From Fervidobacterium sp. (GTDB taxonomy: Bacteria > Thermotogota > Thermotogae > Thermotogales > Fervidobacteriaceae), in NCBI GenBank assembly GCA_049970055.1, contig JBMFNR010000001.1, positions 64,001-128,000 on the forward strand: a DNA stretch of 64,000 nt. Direction: 5' to 3'. The notes under the pieces are model-generated. The model saw only the letters and a program-made list of their open reading frames with translations. It was not told the origin of the DNA and searched no databases. Shown one piece after another: positions 27,419-37,237 of this stretch. A program made the position numbers and the translations under genes. Numbering within the stretch: the first letter of the stretch is position 1; each line of letters starts with the position of its first letter.

Positions 27419-30046
27419 TTAGCGTTCGAAAATAACTGCTCTTAAATTTTTATTCAACACGATGTGTTTTACTTTGCTTGTATTCAACTTTTTCAGTGTG
27501 TTGTCAATATCTTTCCTTGTTCTAAATATTCTAAATAAAGGATAGTACCAAGCCATATCTTCAGGATCTTCAAAGTCTGGAACAAAGTAAAATAAAATGC
27601 CTTTTCTGTAATGTTTTAATAGACTTAGATCCTTCTCAACGTTCAGTAATTCAAAACTAATGATGTTCTGTGAGTTTTCTGTTATATCAATTCCAAGCTC
27701 ATGGCAAGCGCTTTTTGAAATTTTTACGTACTCTTCGTCATTCTCTAAGACACAAGCATCTGAAAATACAATTTCATTTAAAGTAGTTAAGAGATCAACT
27801 TTATTTACCGCGAACTTTTGCAGATTAAAATTTTTAAGTCGTTCTTTGTAAACCTTTAGCGCTTCACTTTTTGGGAATGGATAAGCATAATAATATTTGT
27901 TTTCCTCTGAGCGCTTCCATGCACGTACTGGAGAAATCACACCAAGGCCCGAATGCTTTTGAGAAATGTTCCGGACCCACACAATTTTGTCTCTTTGCTG
28001 GTCCACTTTTTCACTAGGGTAGAATCCGTCGTATTTATATATACCAAGCGTGATATCAGCCAGGTTGAAATTATTTTCACACGCCTCTATGTGTAAATTG
28101 TAAGCCTTCTCTAAGTCTTTTTCATCTTCAGATTTTTCAAAGAACTTTGCATACCTTAAGTAGTAGAAATAGAACTTATCTTTGTCTTCTATACTCTCCA
28201 GTAGTTTTTTTGATTTTTCTGGATCAACTTCGAATGAATACACCGCACTTACGTACTTTGAAAAATCACTATCTGAAATTAAGTAGAGTTTTCTCAACTC
28301 ATTAATGTCAAAGTTTTTTGGTAAATCTGTGAAAAATTCCTTCCCTTTGGTGTAAAATTCTTTGATTTCTTCAAATGCCCCGTCAATGTCAGTATCTAGC
28401 TTTGTTGTAAGATCCTCAAGCACCGGTTTAACAAACTGACTGAGTTCTGGAAGAGCTTCTACTGACTTTCTGTAGTAATCTATTGCCAATTTGAAGTTTC
28501 CCAACTTTAAGTACGAATCGGCAATGAGAGTTAATGATATCCCCTTTAAAACACCATCTTCAATTTTACGTATTTCATTTAGAATTTTTAATCTCTCAAC
28601 GACATCCCCTTTAAAGTTTTCAAAGTAGAAGATAAGACCACCAACACCATATCTTTTGACGCCATCGATCACATTATCACCCAGTATGTATTCCACCAAC
28701 GAATCCTTGTTGCTCGCGATTTTTTCAATGATAAATTCCTCAAACCTTGTTTTAGCATGTTTCTTATACAAGTCTAAATTTATCTTTCTACCACTTTTTA
28801 GATCTTTATCTATAAAATCTGCTATATTCAACTTGACTCCTATATTTGCACTTTCAGTGAGTAAGTTGTCAATTTCCTCAGAAATAGATAGGTAAGTTTT
28901 ATCATCGAGGCTAAGTATGTGCTCACTTAGTAATCTTAGAAGTTTCGCTAAGTCCTCACCGGTTTTAAGTGACTCTTTGGATATAAGATAGTAATTTTCT
29001 TTGAATTTTTCTATCAGACCTTTTTTCAGATATGCGATGTTTAAAATAGTCCTTGCGGTGGCCTTATATTTGATTGTTATTATCGTCCATCCGTATTTTT
29101 CTGGGTGCTCTTCAACGTTTCTTATCAATTCAAAAAATCTTTCACCATGTTCTATGACTTTCTCAAAATCCTTGCGACGTTCGTCGATACCAAGTAGTCC
29201 GTAATATGGATCCGGGTTGTAATCGTTTATGCGAAGAGTGTAGTTAAATATATTTTCAGCTAGATCGTATAGCCCTTTGTTCATCAAATCTAATCCATGA
29301 AGAAAAAAAACCTCGAATACGATAGAACTTGCCCTTTTTTCTTTTTCAATCAAAGAAAAGATTTCCTCAACGATAGGGTATTTGTTGTACCTGTATTCAT
29401 AGATAGACTCCGTTTTGTATAGTTGACAGAGATAGTATATTCTTTCCAAATTGCTCATTTTTTGTTCGTTTAACATCTTCACCAGTAAGTTCTTTGTTCT
29501 GTCGTATTTTTTAGATTTCAATTTTCTCGTCCAGATGTAGCCATAGTGGTATATCTTAAATGGGCCCTCAACGACTTTTCCTTTATATATAGGTTGATTG
29601 TGAACGATATTTTCATAGTGTACTGTTCCATTTCTAAAAATACGCGCAGTTGATGCAACTTCTGTTTTTTTCAAATCCCAATCAAGATAGCTTATCGTCG
29701 GTAAATAAACCGTGTTAACATCATCTGGAAGACTTTTAAGAAATTCTCTGATGTCTGCGAAATCTTCCTTAACTTCCTCATCTGCATCGTAAATAAGAAC
29801 CCATTCGCATGTTGAAAATTGCAAAGAATAGTTCCTTGCCTCGGAAAAATCATCTTTCCATTCGTGAAAGTATATTTTATCAGTGTACTTTTTAGCTACT
29901 TCGACACTCTTGTCTGTGGATCCTGTATCTACAACTATTATTTCGTCAACATAGTCTTTTATACTACCCAATGCTCTGTCTAAATTATGCTCTTCATTTT
30001 TCATTATCATGGCAATGCTCAGTAAGCATTTTGGGTTTTTATTCAC
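27419..30046 (-). CDS. GT2-family glycosyltransferase with TPR region, probable flagellin glycosyltransferase
   Basis: LSIAMIMKNEE, VDTGSTD, WKDDFSEARN, DADE, HYGY, then long helical TPR-like repeats; lies between two flagellins. Confidence 0.88.
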   Translation of the reverse strand: MNKNPKCLLSIAMIMKNEEHNLDRALGSIKDYVDEIIVVDTGSTDKSVEVAKKYTDKIYFHEWKDDFSEARNYSLQFSTCEWVLIYDADEEVKEDFADIREFLKSLPDDVNTVYLPTISYLDWDLKKTEVASTARIFRNGTVHYENIVHNQPIYKGKVVEGPFKIYHYGYIWTRKLKSKKYDRTKNLLVKMLNEQKMSNLERIYYLCQLYKTESIYEYRYNKYPIVEEIFSLIEKEKRASSIVFEVFFLHGLDLMNKGLYDLAENIFNYTLRINDYNPDPYYGLLGIDERRKDFEKVIEHGERFFELIRNVEEHPEKYGWTIITIKYKATARTILNIAYLKKGLIEKFKENYYLISKESLKTGEDLAKLLRLLSEHILSLDDKTYLSISEEIDNLLTESANIGVKLNIADFIDKDLKSGRKINLDLYKKHAKTRFEEFIIEKIASNKDSLVEYILGDNVIDGVKRYGVGGLIFYFENFKGDVVERLKILNEIRKIEDGVLKGISLTLIADSYLKLGNFKLAIDYYRKSVEALPELSQFVKPVLEDLTTKLDTDIDGAFEEIKEFYTKGKEFFTDLPKNFDINELRKLYLISDSDFSKYVSAVYSFEVDPEKSKKLLESIEDKDKFYFYYLRYAKFFEKSEDEKDLEKAYNLHIEACENNFNLADITLGIYKYDGFYPSEKVDQQRDKIVWVRNISQKHSGLGVISPVRAWKRSEENKYYYAYPFPKSEALKVYKERLKNFNLQKFAVNKVDLLTTLNEIVFSDACVLENDEEYVKISKSACHELGIDITENSQNIISFELLNVEKDLSLLKHYRKGILFYFVPDFEDPEDMAWYYPLFRIFRTRKDIDNTLKKLNTSKVKHIVLNKNLRAVIFER

Positions 30047-30144
30047 ACTTGTCCTCCCCTTTACGTTTCATTTGTTTGAAATTGCTTAGATTTTATCTCA
30101 ATATATTTTTCAATACATAACACAATTTATCCTAGAATAACAAA

Positions 30145-30179
30145 AAACGAAAAAACAAAGCGGGCATTTGCCCGCTTTG
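30145..30179 (-). terminator. Terminator after the upstream flagellin
   Basis: CAAAGCGGGC-ATTT-GCCCGCTTTG with A-runs on the + strand. Confidence 0.8.
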
Positions 30180-30212
30180 GTTGAATATTTGTTGAACATT
30201 TACTATTTCTTA

Positions 30213-31376
30213 TTATCTCATCAATTGCAGTACCTGTTGTGGCTGAGCATTCGCTTGTGCAAGCATTGACATACTCGATTGTAGTAAAATTTGTTGTTTT
30301 GTGAATGCCATCATTTCTTTTGCCATGTCTGCGTCTCTGATTCGGCTTTCCGCAGCTGTCAAGTTTTCCGCTGCTACTCCAAGGTTCGCTATTGTATGCT
30401 CTAACCTGTTCTGCACTGCACCAAGCGATGCACGTGCTGTACTTACCCTGTGAATCGCTGCATCGATTACCATTATTGTTCTTTCTGCACTATTTTGGTC
30501 TGTAACTTTCAGCGTCGATGTTAGCAATCCAAGAGCTTTAGAGCTCATGTTATCAATACCTGCTATCATGTTATGACCTTCGTTAGCTCCTATTTGGAAA
30601 ACGAGTTGGTTGTTGTTTGTGTATATAGCTTCCACTCTAACTACGGCACTGTCAACAACTTCATTCTTAGGTAACGCTCCACCAAAGTCGGATAATCTAA
30701 ACTGAGTACCGTTCCATCTAAATGTTATGTTACCAAGTGCTATCGAACCAGCACCTATGGTAGCAAAAGAATATGTGACACCACCAGCAGTGATAAGCGT
30801 GACCTTGACGTCAATTGCAGATGTTACATTCCCTGAGAGTTGCCCAACTTCAAAGATGTATGTACCTTCTACCGCTGCTGAGCTTGGTGTACCAGTTATG
30901 ATATTGATATTACCACCGGTAACAACTTTTGCATCAGGTGTGAATCTGAAGCCTTCCAATTTTCCATCAAGTAATTTCTTCGTGTTGAATTCCGTTGTTC
31001 TTCCTATCCTGTCTATCTCTTCTCTTAATTGGTTGAGTTCCGCTTGGATTTGGTTTCTATCAACATCCGTATTTGTGTCACTTGCTGCTTGAACTCCAAG
31101 TTCTCTCATCCTCTGGAGTATTGAGTGAACTTCTGTTAATGCGCCTTCTGCTGTCTGAATCAAAGATATCGCGTCTTGTGCATTTTTCACTGCCATATCA
31201 AGACCTTTGATTTGACCTCTCATCTTTTCACTGATCGCCAAACCTGCTGCGTCGTCTCCCGCTCTGTTGATCCTCAAACCAGATGAGAGCCTTTCAAGAG
31301 TTTTGCTCATATCCATGTTGGTCATAGAAATGTTTCTCCAACTGTTGAGAGCGTTAATGTTGTGGTTAATCCTCAT
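30213..31376 (-). CDS. fliC: Flagellin (sigma28-driven copy)
   Basis: Conserved flagellin N- and C-terminal domains; sigma28 promoter upstream. Confidence 0.97.
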   Translation of the reverse strand: MRINHNINALNSWRNISMTNMDMSKTLERLSSGLRINRAGDDAAGLAISEKMRGQIKGLDMAVKNAQDAISLIQTAEGALTEVHSILQRMRELGVQAASDTNTDVDRNQIQAELNQLREEIDRIGRTTEFNTKKLLDGKLEGFRFTPDAKVVTGGNINIITGTPSSAAVEGTYIFEVGQLSGNVTSAIDVKVTLITAGGVTYSFATIGAGSIALGNITFRWNGTQFRLSDFGGALPKNEVVDSAVVRVEAIYTNNNQLVFQIGANEGHNMIAGIDNMSSKALGLLTSTLKVTDQNSAERTIMVIDAAIHRVSTARASLGAVQNRLEHTIANLGVAAENLTAAESRIRDADMAKEMMAFTKQQILLQSSMSMLAQANAQPQQVLQLMR

Positions 31377-31446
31377 ACTTGCCCACCTCCATGTGTTTTT
31401 TTCCTTAATATTAAAATTACCAAGGGCGCCCTTGCTACCGATACTA

Positions 31447-31473
31447 TTATCGGAAACAAAAAGAAAAATTTTA
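31447..31473 (-). promoter_or_regulatory. Sigma28 (FliA/SigD) promoter
   Basis: On the - strand: TAAA, 15 bp spacer, TCCGATAA (consensus TAAA-N15-GCCGATAA), ~70 nt before the flagellin ATG. Confidence 0.85.
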
Positions 31474-31477
31474 GTGT

Positions 31478-32227
31478 TTATTTATTGTAGTATCTCTGAT
31501 TTTCAAGTAATTGTTCTTGAGGAACTGGCCTCGTCTCCCTGGCAGGTGAGCCAACATATATCATCCGAGGATTTGCATTTCTTGTGAGAACTGCTCCTGC
31601 TGCTATCAAAGCGTCTTGACCAATTTCCTTACCAGGTAATATCGTTGCGTTTGCACCTATTCGTGCACCTTTTCTCACTATTGGTCCTTTGAAATATTTC
31701 TTTCTTTCCTCCGTTCTGCCTAAAAAGTTGTCGTTAGTGAATGTAACCATCGGAGCTATAAAGCAGTAATCTTCTATGGTTGAGATAGCGGTTATGTAAG
31801 CATTTGTTTCGATTTTTACGTACTTACCAATGAATGTTTTGTTTTCAACGGCAACGCCTCTTCCGATTATCGTATATTCCCCTATTTCAACATCTTCTCT
31901 TATACTTGCCAAATCACCAACGAAGACGAAATCTTTAAGAATCGCCCCTCTATATATAACACAATTTGCACCAATTGTTACGTATTTACCTATTCTCAGA
32001 GGTGGCAGCTCTTTTTCATCCGTCGTTGCAGAAACAGAAGCTTTAAAGGGTTTTTTACCAAGCACCGTGTTGTCACCAATGACGCATCCTTCTAAGATTA
32101 CTGTGTCTTTTCTGATCACTACGTTGTGTCCAATAGTCACGTTGTCTCCTATAACTACGTTGTCTTCGATAACCACATTTTCACCAATCGTTACACCATT
32201 ACCAATTTGCGCGGTTTCAGATATCAT
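31478..32227 (-). CDS. Hexapeptide-repeat (left-handed beta-helix) sugar N-acyltransferase, WbpD/WxcM-like
   Basis: IGxxxxIG repeats, [35 protein letters not shown] 6 nt before ATG 32227 (tracked ORF is over-extended). Confidence 0.88.
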   Translation of the reverse strand: MISETAQIGNGVTIGENVVIEDNVVIGDNVTIGHNVVIRKDTVILEGCVIGDNTVLGKKPFKASVSATTDEKELPPLRIGKYVTIGANCVIYRGAILKDFVFVGDLASIREDVEIGEYTIIGRGVAVENKTFIGKYVKIETNAYITAISTIEDYCFIAPMVTFTNDNFLGRTEERKKYFKGPIVRKGARIGANATILPGKEIGQDALIAAGAVLTRNANPRMIYVGSPARETRPVPQEQLLENQRYYNK

Positions 32228-32339
32228 TCTCACACCTCCATACCTCCGTATAAATTGTGTTGATATAATGATTATATCATGTGTTAAATTATTTGCTAAA
32301 TTATTTTGTGGTATAATAAGTAAAAAGCTAAAGAAAGGG

Positions 32340-32753
32340 GTGGTTTCTATCCAAAGAGTTGCTCTCATTGCGCATGATAAAAAGAAGCTTGATCTAGCAA
32401 TGTTTGTTAAGGAATGGAAGGATGTTTTTGAACGTTGTGAGTTGTACGCAACAAAATCGACAGGAAAGATCATAGAAGAGAAAATTGGGCTTAAAGTGAA
32501 TAAGTTTGAGTCAGGACCGTATGGTGGAGACTTGCAGATTGGTTCGATGATTGTGAATGGTGAGATCGATTTTGTAATTTTTCTTCGTGATCCACTAACG
32601 GCACAGCCACATGAGCCTGATGTAAGTGCACTTTTGCGTGTATGCGATGTCCATAACGTGCCTTTAGCTACGAACCTCGCCACGGCTGAAGCATTAGTTC
32701 TCGAAATTGAGAAGAAAATCGTCAACGAGAGCGGGCAGGAAGTTGGTGAATAA
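32340..32753 (+). CDS. mgsA: Methylglyoxal synthase
   Basis: [50 protein letters not shown]; start uncertain (GTG 32340 or ATC 32349). Confidence 0.95.
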   Translation: MVSIQRVALIAHDKKKLDLAMFVKEWKDVFERCELYATKSTGKIIEEKIGLKVNKFESGPYGGDLQIGSMIVNGEIDFVIFLRDPLTAQPHEPDVSALLRVCDVHNVPLATNLATAEALVLEIEKKIVNESGQEVGE

Positions 32754-32755
32754 TA

Positions 32756-33727
32756 GTGAATAAGGATGGGAAACTTCTTTTGTTATACTTTTCTTTGTTT
32801 TTATTTTTTGCCTGGAAGGTTCCTTACGTAATTGGAGCCTTGGTGCTTGGGTTTTATTTTTCTGTGATCCTTGGTTCTGCTTACGATTTTGTGTTTCGTA
32901 AAACAGGAAAAAGGTTGCTTGCAATCACAAGTTATGTGCTGGCAATCTTCGTTTTTGTGTACACCATAATTTCATTTTTTCCAACGACAGTTAAGCAATT
33001 GTACGCACTTTTTGAGAGTTTAAAAAATCCTGGCGAGAAGTGGAATAATTTAGACTTACCAAGCTGGGTTTTGAATGGCTTAGATGATTTAAAATCGAAT
33101 ATTTCATCGATTTTGTTAAGTATTTTCAACAAAGTAATTGGTATTTTACCTTCTTTAATTACCATGGTTATCCTCTTGATCGTTACTATGGCGGGCATTG
33201 AAAGTATAAAAAGGTATTTTAGCAAGCACATCACTGTACTTTTTGTGCAAGATCCAGACCAAGGTAAGAAATTTGTGTATGGGTTTTACGGTGATGTGAA
33301 GAAGTATATCCGTGGGCAAGTGCTTGTATCATTTATTAGTGCAACGTTAACGACAATAGGGCTTATTCTTCTACGTATTCCATCAGCTTTACCACTTGGT
33401 TTATTAACCTTTTTTAGTGGTTTTTTTCCGTTTATCGGGCTTATAATTTCCGCCATTCCCATGTATTTGTTAGCTTTTTCAACAAATGGAATTAGATCCG
33501 TGCTACTTTTAACATTTCTTCTTGTTGGTGTTAACCAAGCTGAGTCGTGGTTGTATGGACCGAAGATTCAGGGAGATAATCTAAAGCTCCACTGGTTTGT
33601 TATTTTAATTTCGATTTTCTTGCTTGGCGATATTTTCGGTTTTGTTGGTATTTTAATTGCACTACCTATGTTGTTGTTTATAAGAAAGTTTTGGAAGTTC
33701 TATATTCTTTCAAAAACAGAGACGTAG
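32756..33727 (+). CDS. AI-2E (UPF0118) family transporter
   Basis: Multi-TM protein; KYIRGQ, FPFIG, E..LYGPKIQG, LHW..ILIS, FGFVGILIALP. Confidence 0.85.
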   Translation: MNKDGKLLLLYFSLFLFFAWKVPYVIGALVLGFYFSVILGSAYDFVFRKTGKRLLAITSYVLAIFVFVYTIISFFPTTVKQLYALFESLKNPGEKWNNLDLPSWVLNGLDDLKSNISSILLSIFNKVIGILPSLITMVILLIVTMAGIESIKRYFSKHITVLFVQDPDQGKKFVYGFYGDVKKYIRGQVLVSFISATLTTIGLILLRIPSALPLGLLTFFSGFFPFIGLIISAIPMYLLAFSTNGIRSVLLLTFLLVGVNQAESWLYGPKIQGDNLKLHWFVILISIFLLGDIFGFVGILIALPMLLFIRKFWKFYILSKTET

Positions 33728-33744
33728 TTGAAGGTGGATAATTT

Positions 33745-34215
33745 ATGGCACTGATCGCTTACACGGATGGCAGTTTCAAGGATGGTATTGTTGGCTCAGC
33801 GGGTATGTTGATTTACGATGGTGAAACTGTAGAAGATTTCCAATTTTTTCTTGATATTCCAGCTTTTTCGGTTCATAGGAATGTTTCTGGTGAGATTTTC
33901 GCCGTAATGTATTCGATTTTTTCCGCTTACAAGAAAGAATTTAAAGAAATCAACGTACATATTGATTATGAAGGTTTAGAAAAATGGGTGGTTGGTGAAT
34001 GGAAAGCAAGAACTGAACTTACAAAAGCTTACGTAGAGTTCATAAGACATTTTTCTAAAAGTGAAATGATAGTGCGTTTCACAAAAATAAAAGCACATCA
34101 TGGTGACGTGCTTAATAGTTATGCTGATAAATTATCGAAAGAAGCTGCTGAGAAAAGAGTTGTGAAAGCGGCACTTTTCAATGATTTTTGGAAACTATTT
34201 TGCGAATTCATTTAA
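33745..34215 (+). CDS. rnhA: Ribonuclease HI (catalytic domain only)
   Basis: AYTDGS, RNVSGEI, DYEGLEKW, KIKAH, N..AD.L. Confidence 0.85.
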   Translation: MALIAYTDGSFKDGIVGSAGMLIYDGETVEDFQFFLDIPAFSVHRNVSGEIFAVMYSIFSAYKKEFKEINVHIDYEGLEKWVVGEWKARTELTKAYVEFIRHFSKSEMIVRFTKIKAHHGDVLNSYADKLSKEAAEKRVVKAALFNDFWKLFCEFI

Positions 34216-35791
34216 CTCCCAAAGCAACAGGAATATTTCTCATCGTACCTTTTGTTACAAGTTTTTCGTTGTAAACCATCGAAGTTGAGCCACCACCGTC
34301 GAGCATCATAGCGGATTGATAACCTTTTGAAAGTAGAAATTGAGCAACTTCATCAAAATTCATACCAACGCCGTTCGTCCCTTCTATCGTTATCAAATGA
34401 ACTTTTGAATCCTTAATAGCTATTATGGTTCTGTCTGTTCTTGTTGTTGGTATTCCTCCTCCATATCTCAACTTTTCTTCCGATGCATCTGAGATAATCG
34501 CACCGTTTTGGAGCAGTAAAGGCCCAGCACCAACTGCATTTTTAATTTTGTATCCACTATCAGTATAAAGTTCAATAGACACATTCATTCCTACTGAGAG
34601 ATCAGGAAGGTACTTCTTTTGAAGTTCGTTACTTATCATGATAACCATCGAATTTGATGGAACGTATTCTACATAACCGATAGATGAAATTTTTCCATTT
34701 TTAACAAGCAGGTACATTTTTGAGATGTCTTTAGGAATTTTTAGACTATATTCCTCCGTGTATATGTTAACTTCACTAATGGATTTTGTATTAACGCCTT
34801 TCACGAGTAGCAGAACATCACCAATTCTTGTTGTTATGTCGACGTAGTTTTTTCCAATAAAAACCATATCATCGTATGTTTCGATGAACATTGGTCTTAG
34901 TCCGTATCTATGGGAAATAACTCTTCCGTTTTTTATAACGATATCTATGGGCATACCAGTTGCTGGGTCAAAGTAATTTGCATTTACACCATGTAAAAAT
35001 CCATTTTGCACGAGTATATTTAAAAGCGTTGCAGTTGAACCTATACCTTTACTTGGTAGTAATGGTGTAAAATCTACGTACTTTGGATCCGCTATGATGT
35101 AATTTACAACGAAGCTGCGCCCCGCAAATGTTTCTGTTCTTTTTATGTGTTCTATTTTTTTCACAACAGGCGTGAGTAATATCGTTATGTTTTTATTCGA
35201 TATGGATAAGGCATATTTTTCGATTTCTTTGCTTAAAGTAATTATAACTGTACTATTGACTTTAGAAACTGACAAACCTTGTGTTATGTTCTTCGGCAGT
35301 TCAAAAGGTGTGAGCTTTATTGTTAATGTTTTGTTTGAATAGTTTACATCAATAAATTCCTCGCTTACGGGTACCGATGTGCTTATTTCTATGCTATCTT
35401 CGTCATATGATACAGAGTCAATTGAGCCTGGTTTGTCGTAAAAAATGTTTTCAAACTTGCTGAGCTTCAATATTTTCGACAATGCATCTACTCTGACTAA
35501 GATTTTGTTATTTGTGATTGTATATGCTTTTTGAATGTAATCTTCAAAATCTACTAAGAAATCACCACCAGATCCAATTATGAGCTTTTTGTTATAAATA
35601 AGATAAATTCTTTCATTTTTGACGATATTGAAGCCTATGTCTCTGAGTTGCTCTTCCGTGACACTGTTGTTGTTTGTTAATGTGTAGATTTTGTTGTTAA
35701 TCAACAAAACTTGCGCGAATATAACACTTGCACTTACCAAGATGCTTCCCAGGGTGATTATTAATGAAATGAGTTTAAGAAATTTTCCCAT
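34208..35791 (-). CDS. Secreted phosphodiester glycosidase (NAGPA-like) family protein
   Basis: Signal peptide; NANYF, GAGPLL, RTIIAI, AMMLDGGGSTSM. Confidence 0.85.
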   Translation of the reverse strand: MGKFLKLISLIITLGSILVSASVIFAQVLLINNKIYTLTNNNSVTEEQLRDIGFNIVKNERIYLIYNKKLIIGSGGDFLVDFEDYIQKAYTITNNKILVRVDALSKILKLSKFENIFYDKPGSIDSVSYDEDSIEISTSVPVSEEFIDVNYSNKTLTIKLTPFELPKNITQGLSVSKVNSTVIITLSKEIEKYALSISNKNITILLTPVVKKIEHIKRTETFAGRSFVVNYIIADPKYVDFTPLLPSKGIGSTATLLNILVQNGFLHGVNANYFDPATGMPIDIVIKNGRVISHRYGLRPMFIETYDDMVFIGKNYVDITTRIGDVLLLVKGVNTKSISEVNIYTEEYSLKIPKDISKMYLLVKNGKISSIGYVEYVPSNSMVIMISNELQKKYLPDLSVGMNVSIELYTDSGYKIKNAVGAGPLLLQNGAIISDASEEKLRYGGGIPTTRTDRTIIAIKDSKVHLITIEGTNGVGMNFDEVAQFLLSKGYQSAMMLDGGGSTSMVYNEKLVTKGTMRNIPVALGVK

Positions 35792-35932
35792 GTCAAATAG
35801 CACTCCTATGAGCATGTATAATATTTGATTTCTTTACTTTATTATTCTAACATAAGTCAGAAGATTTTCCATATGCTAGTGGCATAAGAATTTTGCAAAA
35901 AAACAATTGACTCAGCTTGGTTGTTTTTTAAT

Positions 35933-37237
35933 TTATTGAACTATATCAAGCATTATCGGTTTTACTTCTGGTTTACTTAATGAAATAACATAACTTTCCT
36001 TTATGAGTTTTTGAGCAGTGCTTATTTCACTTTTTTCACTCACATACATCTTTGCAATTGTATCTTGAGGTTTGACATACTCACCAAGCTTTCTGGTTAT
36101 TTCTATCCCAACGCGATAATCTATTGTATCTTCTTTATTTTTTCTTCCAGCACCTAGATAATTCGATGCAATTCCGATTTGCTCTGTATCAATTTTTGAT
36201 ATGTACCCTTCTTTCTCTGCCTTTATTTCGATAATTCTGTCTGTCATGGGTAGAATATCTCTTGGGCGGTCAACAACTTCTGGATTTCCACCTTGATGTT
36301 GGACAAGTTCTTTAAATTTCATCAATGCTGCCCCGCTATCAATAGCTTGTTTTACCATTTTCATGCAATCATCAAAAGAACCCTTTTCAGCTAAATAGCA
36401 CATCCAAGCTGACAAGTTAAGGCACAGCTGCGTAAAGTCTTCAGGGCCATTACCTTTGAGTGTTTCGATAGCTTCTAATACTTCCAATGAATTTCCAACC
36501 ATCTTACCAAGAGGTACATCCATGTTTGTTAGCACCGCTACAGCTTTTTTACCGTGTGCCTTTGCTATTCCAACCATTGCATTTGCAAGTTCTTTTGCTT
36601 GTTCAAGTGTTTTCATAAATGCTCCACTACCAACCTTTACATCGAGGACGTAGCCATCGGCACCACCTGCGAGTTTCTTGCTCATAATGCTTGCAGCGAT
36701 CAAGGAAACTTCATCAACAGTTGCAGTTGCATCTCTTAGTGCGTAGATTTTCTTATCCGCCGGTACAAGGTTTGCTGTTTGACCAACGATAGCAATACCT
36801 ATTTTTCTAACGTTTTCGAAGAATTCCTCTTCGCTAAGAGAAGTTCTAAATCCTGGTATAGATTCCAACTTATCGATTGTGCCTCCCGTATGACCAAGTG
36901 CTCTTCCAGACATTTTGGCTACTGGAACTCCCAAAGATGCCACAATAGGACCAACAACAAGTGTGGTTTTATCACCAACACCGCCCGTTGAATGTTTATC
37001 TATCTTAATGCCAGGGATAGATGACAGATCGATTTTATCACCTGAATTTGCCATGGTTTCTGTCAAAATAGCCCTTTCTTCGTTATCCATGTGTTGAAAA
37101 TAGATAGCCATTAAAAATGCGGCCATCTGGTAATCTGGTATTTCGCCATTAACATACCCATTAACCATGAACTCTATCTCTACTTTTGTCAATTTTCCAC
37201 CGTTCCTTTTTTTCAATATTATATCGTACGCTCTCAT
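35933..37237 (-). CDS. pdp: Pyrimidine-nucleoside phosphorylase
   Basis: DKHSTGGVGDK, KMSGRALGHTGGTIDKLE, ASIMSKK. Confidence 0.96.
   Translation of the reverse strand: MRAYDIILKKRNGGKLTKVEIEFMVNGYVNGEIPDYQMAAFLMAIYFQHMDNEERAILTETMANSGDKIDLSSIPGIKIDKHSTGGVGDKTTLVVGPIVASLGVPVAKMSGRALGHTGGTIDKLESIPGFRTSLSEEEFFENVRKIGIAIVGQTANLVPADKKIYALRDATATVDEVSLIAASIMSKKLAGGADGYVLDVKVGSGAFMKTLEQAKELANAMVGIAKAHGKKAVAVLTNMDVPLGKMVGNSLEVLEAIETLKGNGPEDFTQLCLNLSAWMCYLAEKGSFDDCMKMVKQAIDSGAALMKFKELVQHQGGNPEVVDRPRDILPMTDRIIEIKAEKEGYISKIDTEQIGIASNYLGAGRKNKEDTIDYRVGIEITRKLGEYVKPQDTIAKMYVSEKSEISTAQKLIKESYVISLSKPEVKPIMLDIVQ

Noticed and set aside
29303..29310. A8 tract in the flagellin glycosyltransferase as a phase-variation site
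   Set aside because: The tract is short, the gene is in frame, and such runs are common in this AT-rich sequence.
31830..32725. Long overlapping ORF extensions (31830..32753 + and 31478..32725 -) suggesting overlapping or fused genes
   Set aside because: Each extension is the antisense shadow of the other real gene. SD positions place the starts at 32227 (-) and about 32340-32349 (+).
33745..34215. RNase H fold as a sign of a retroelement or transposase
   Set aside because: Motifs match cellular RNase HI, and there are no terminal repeats, reverse transcriptase or integrase nearby.
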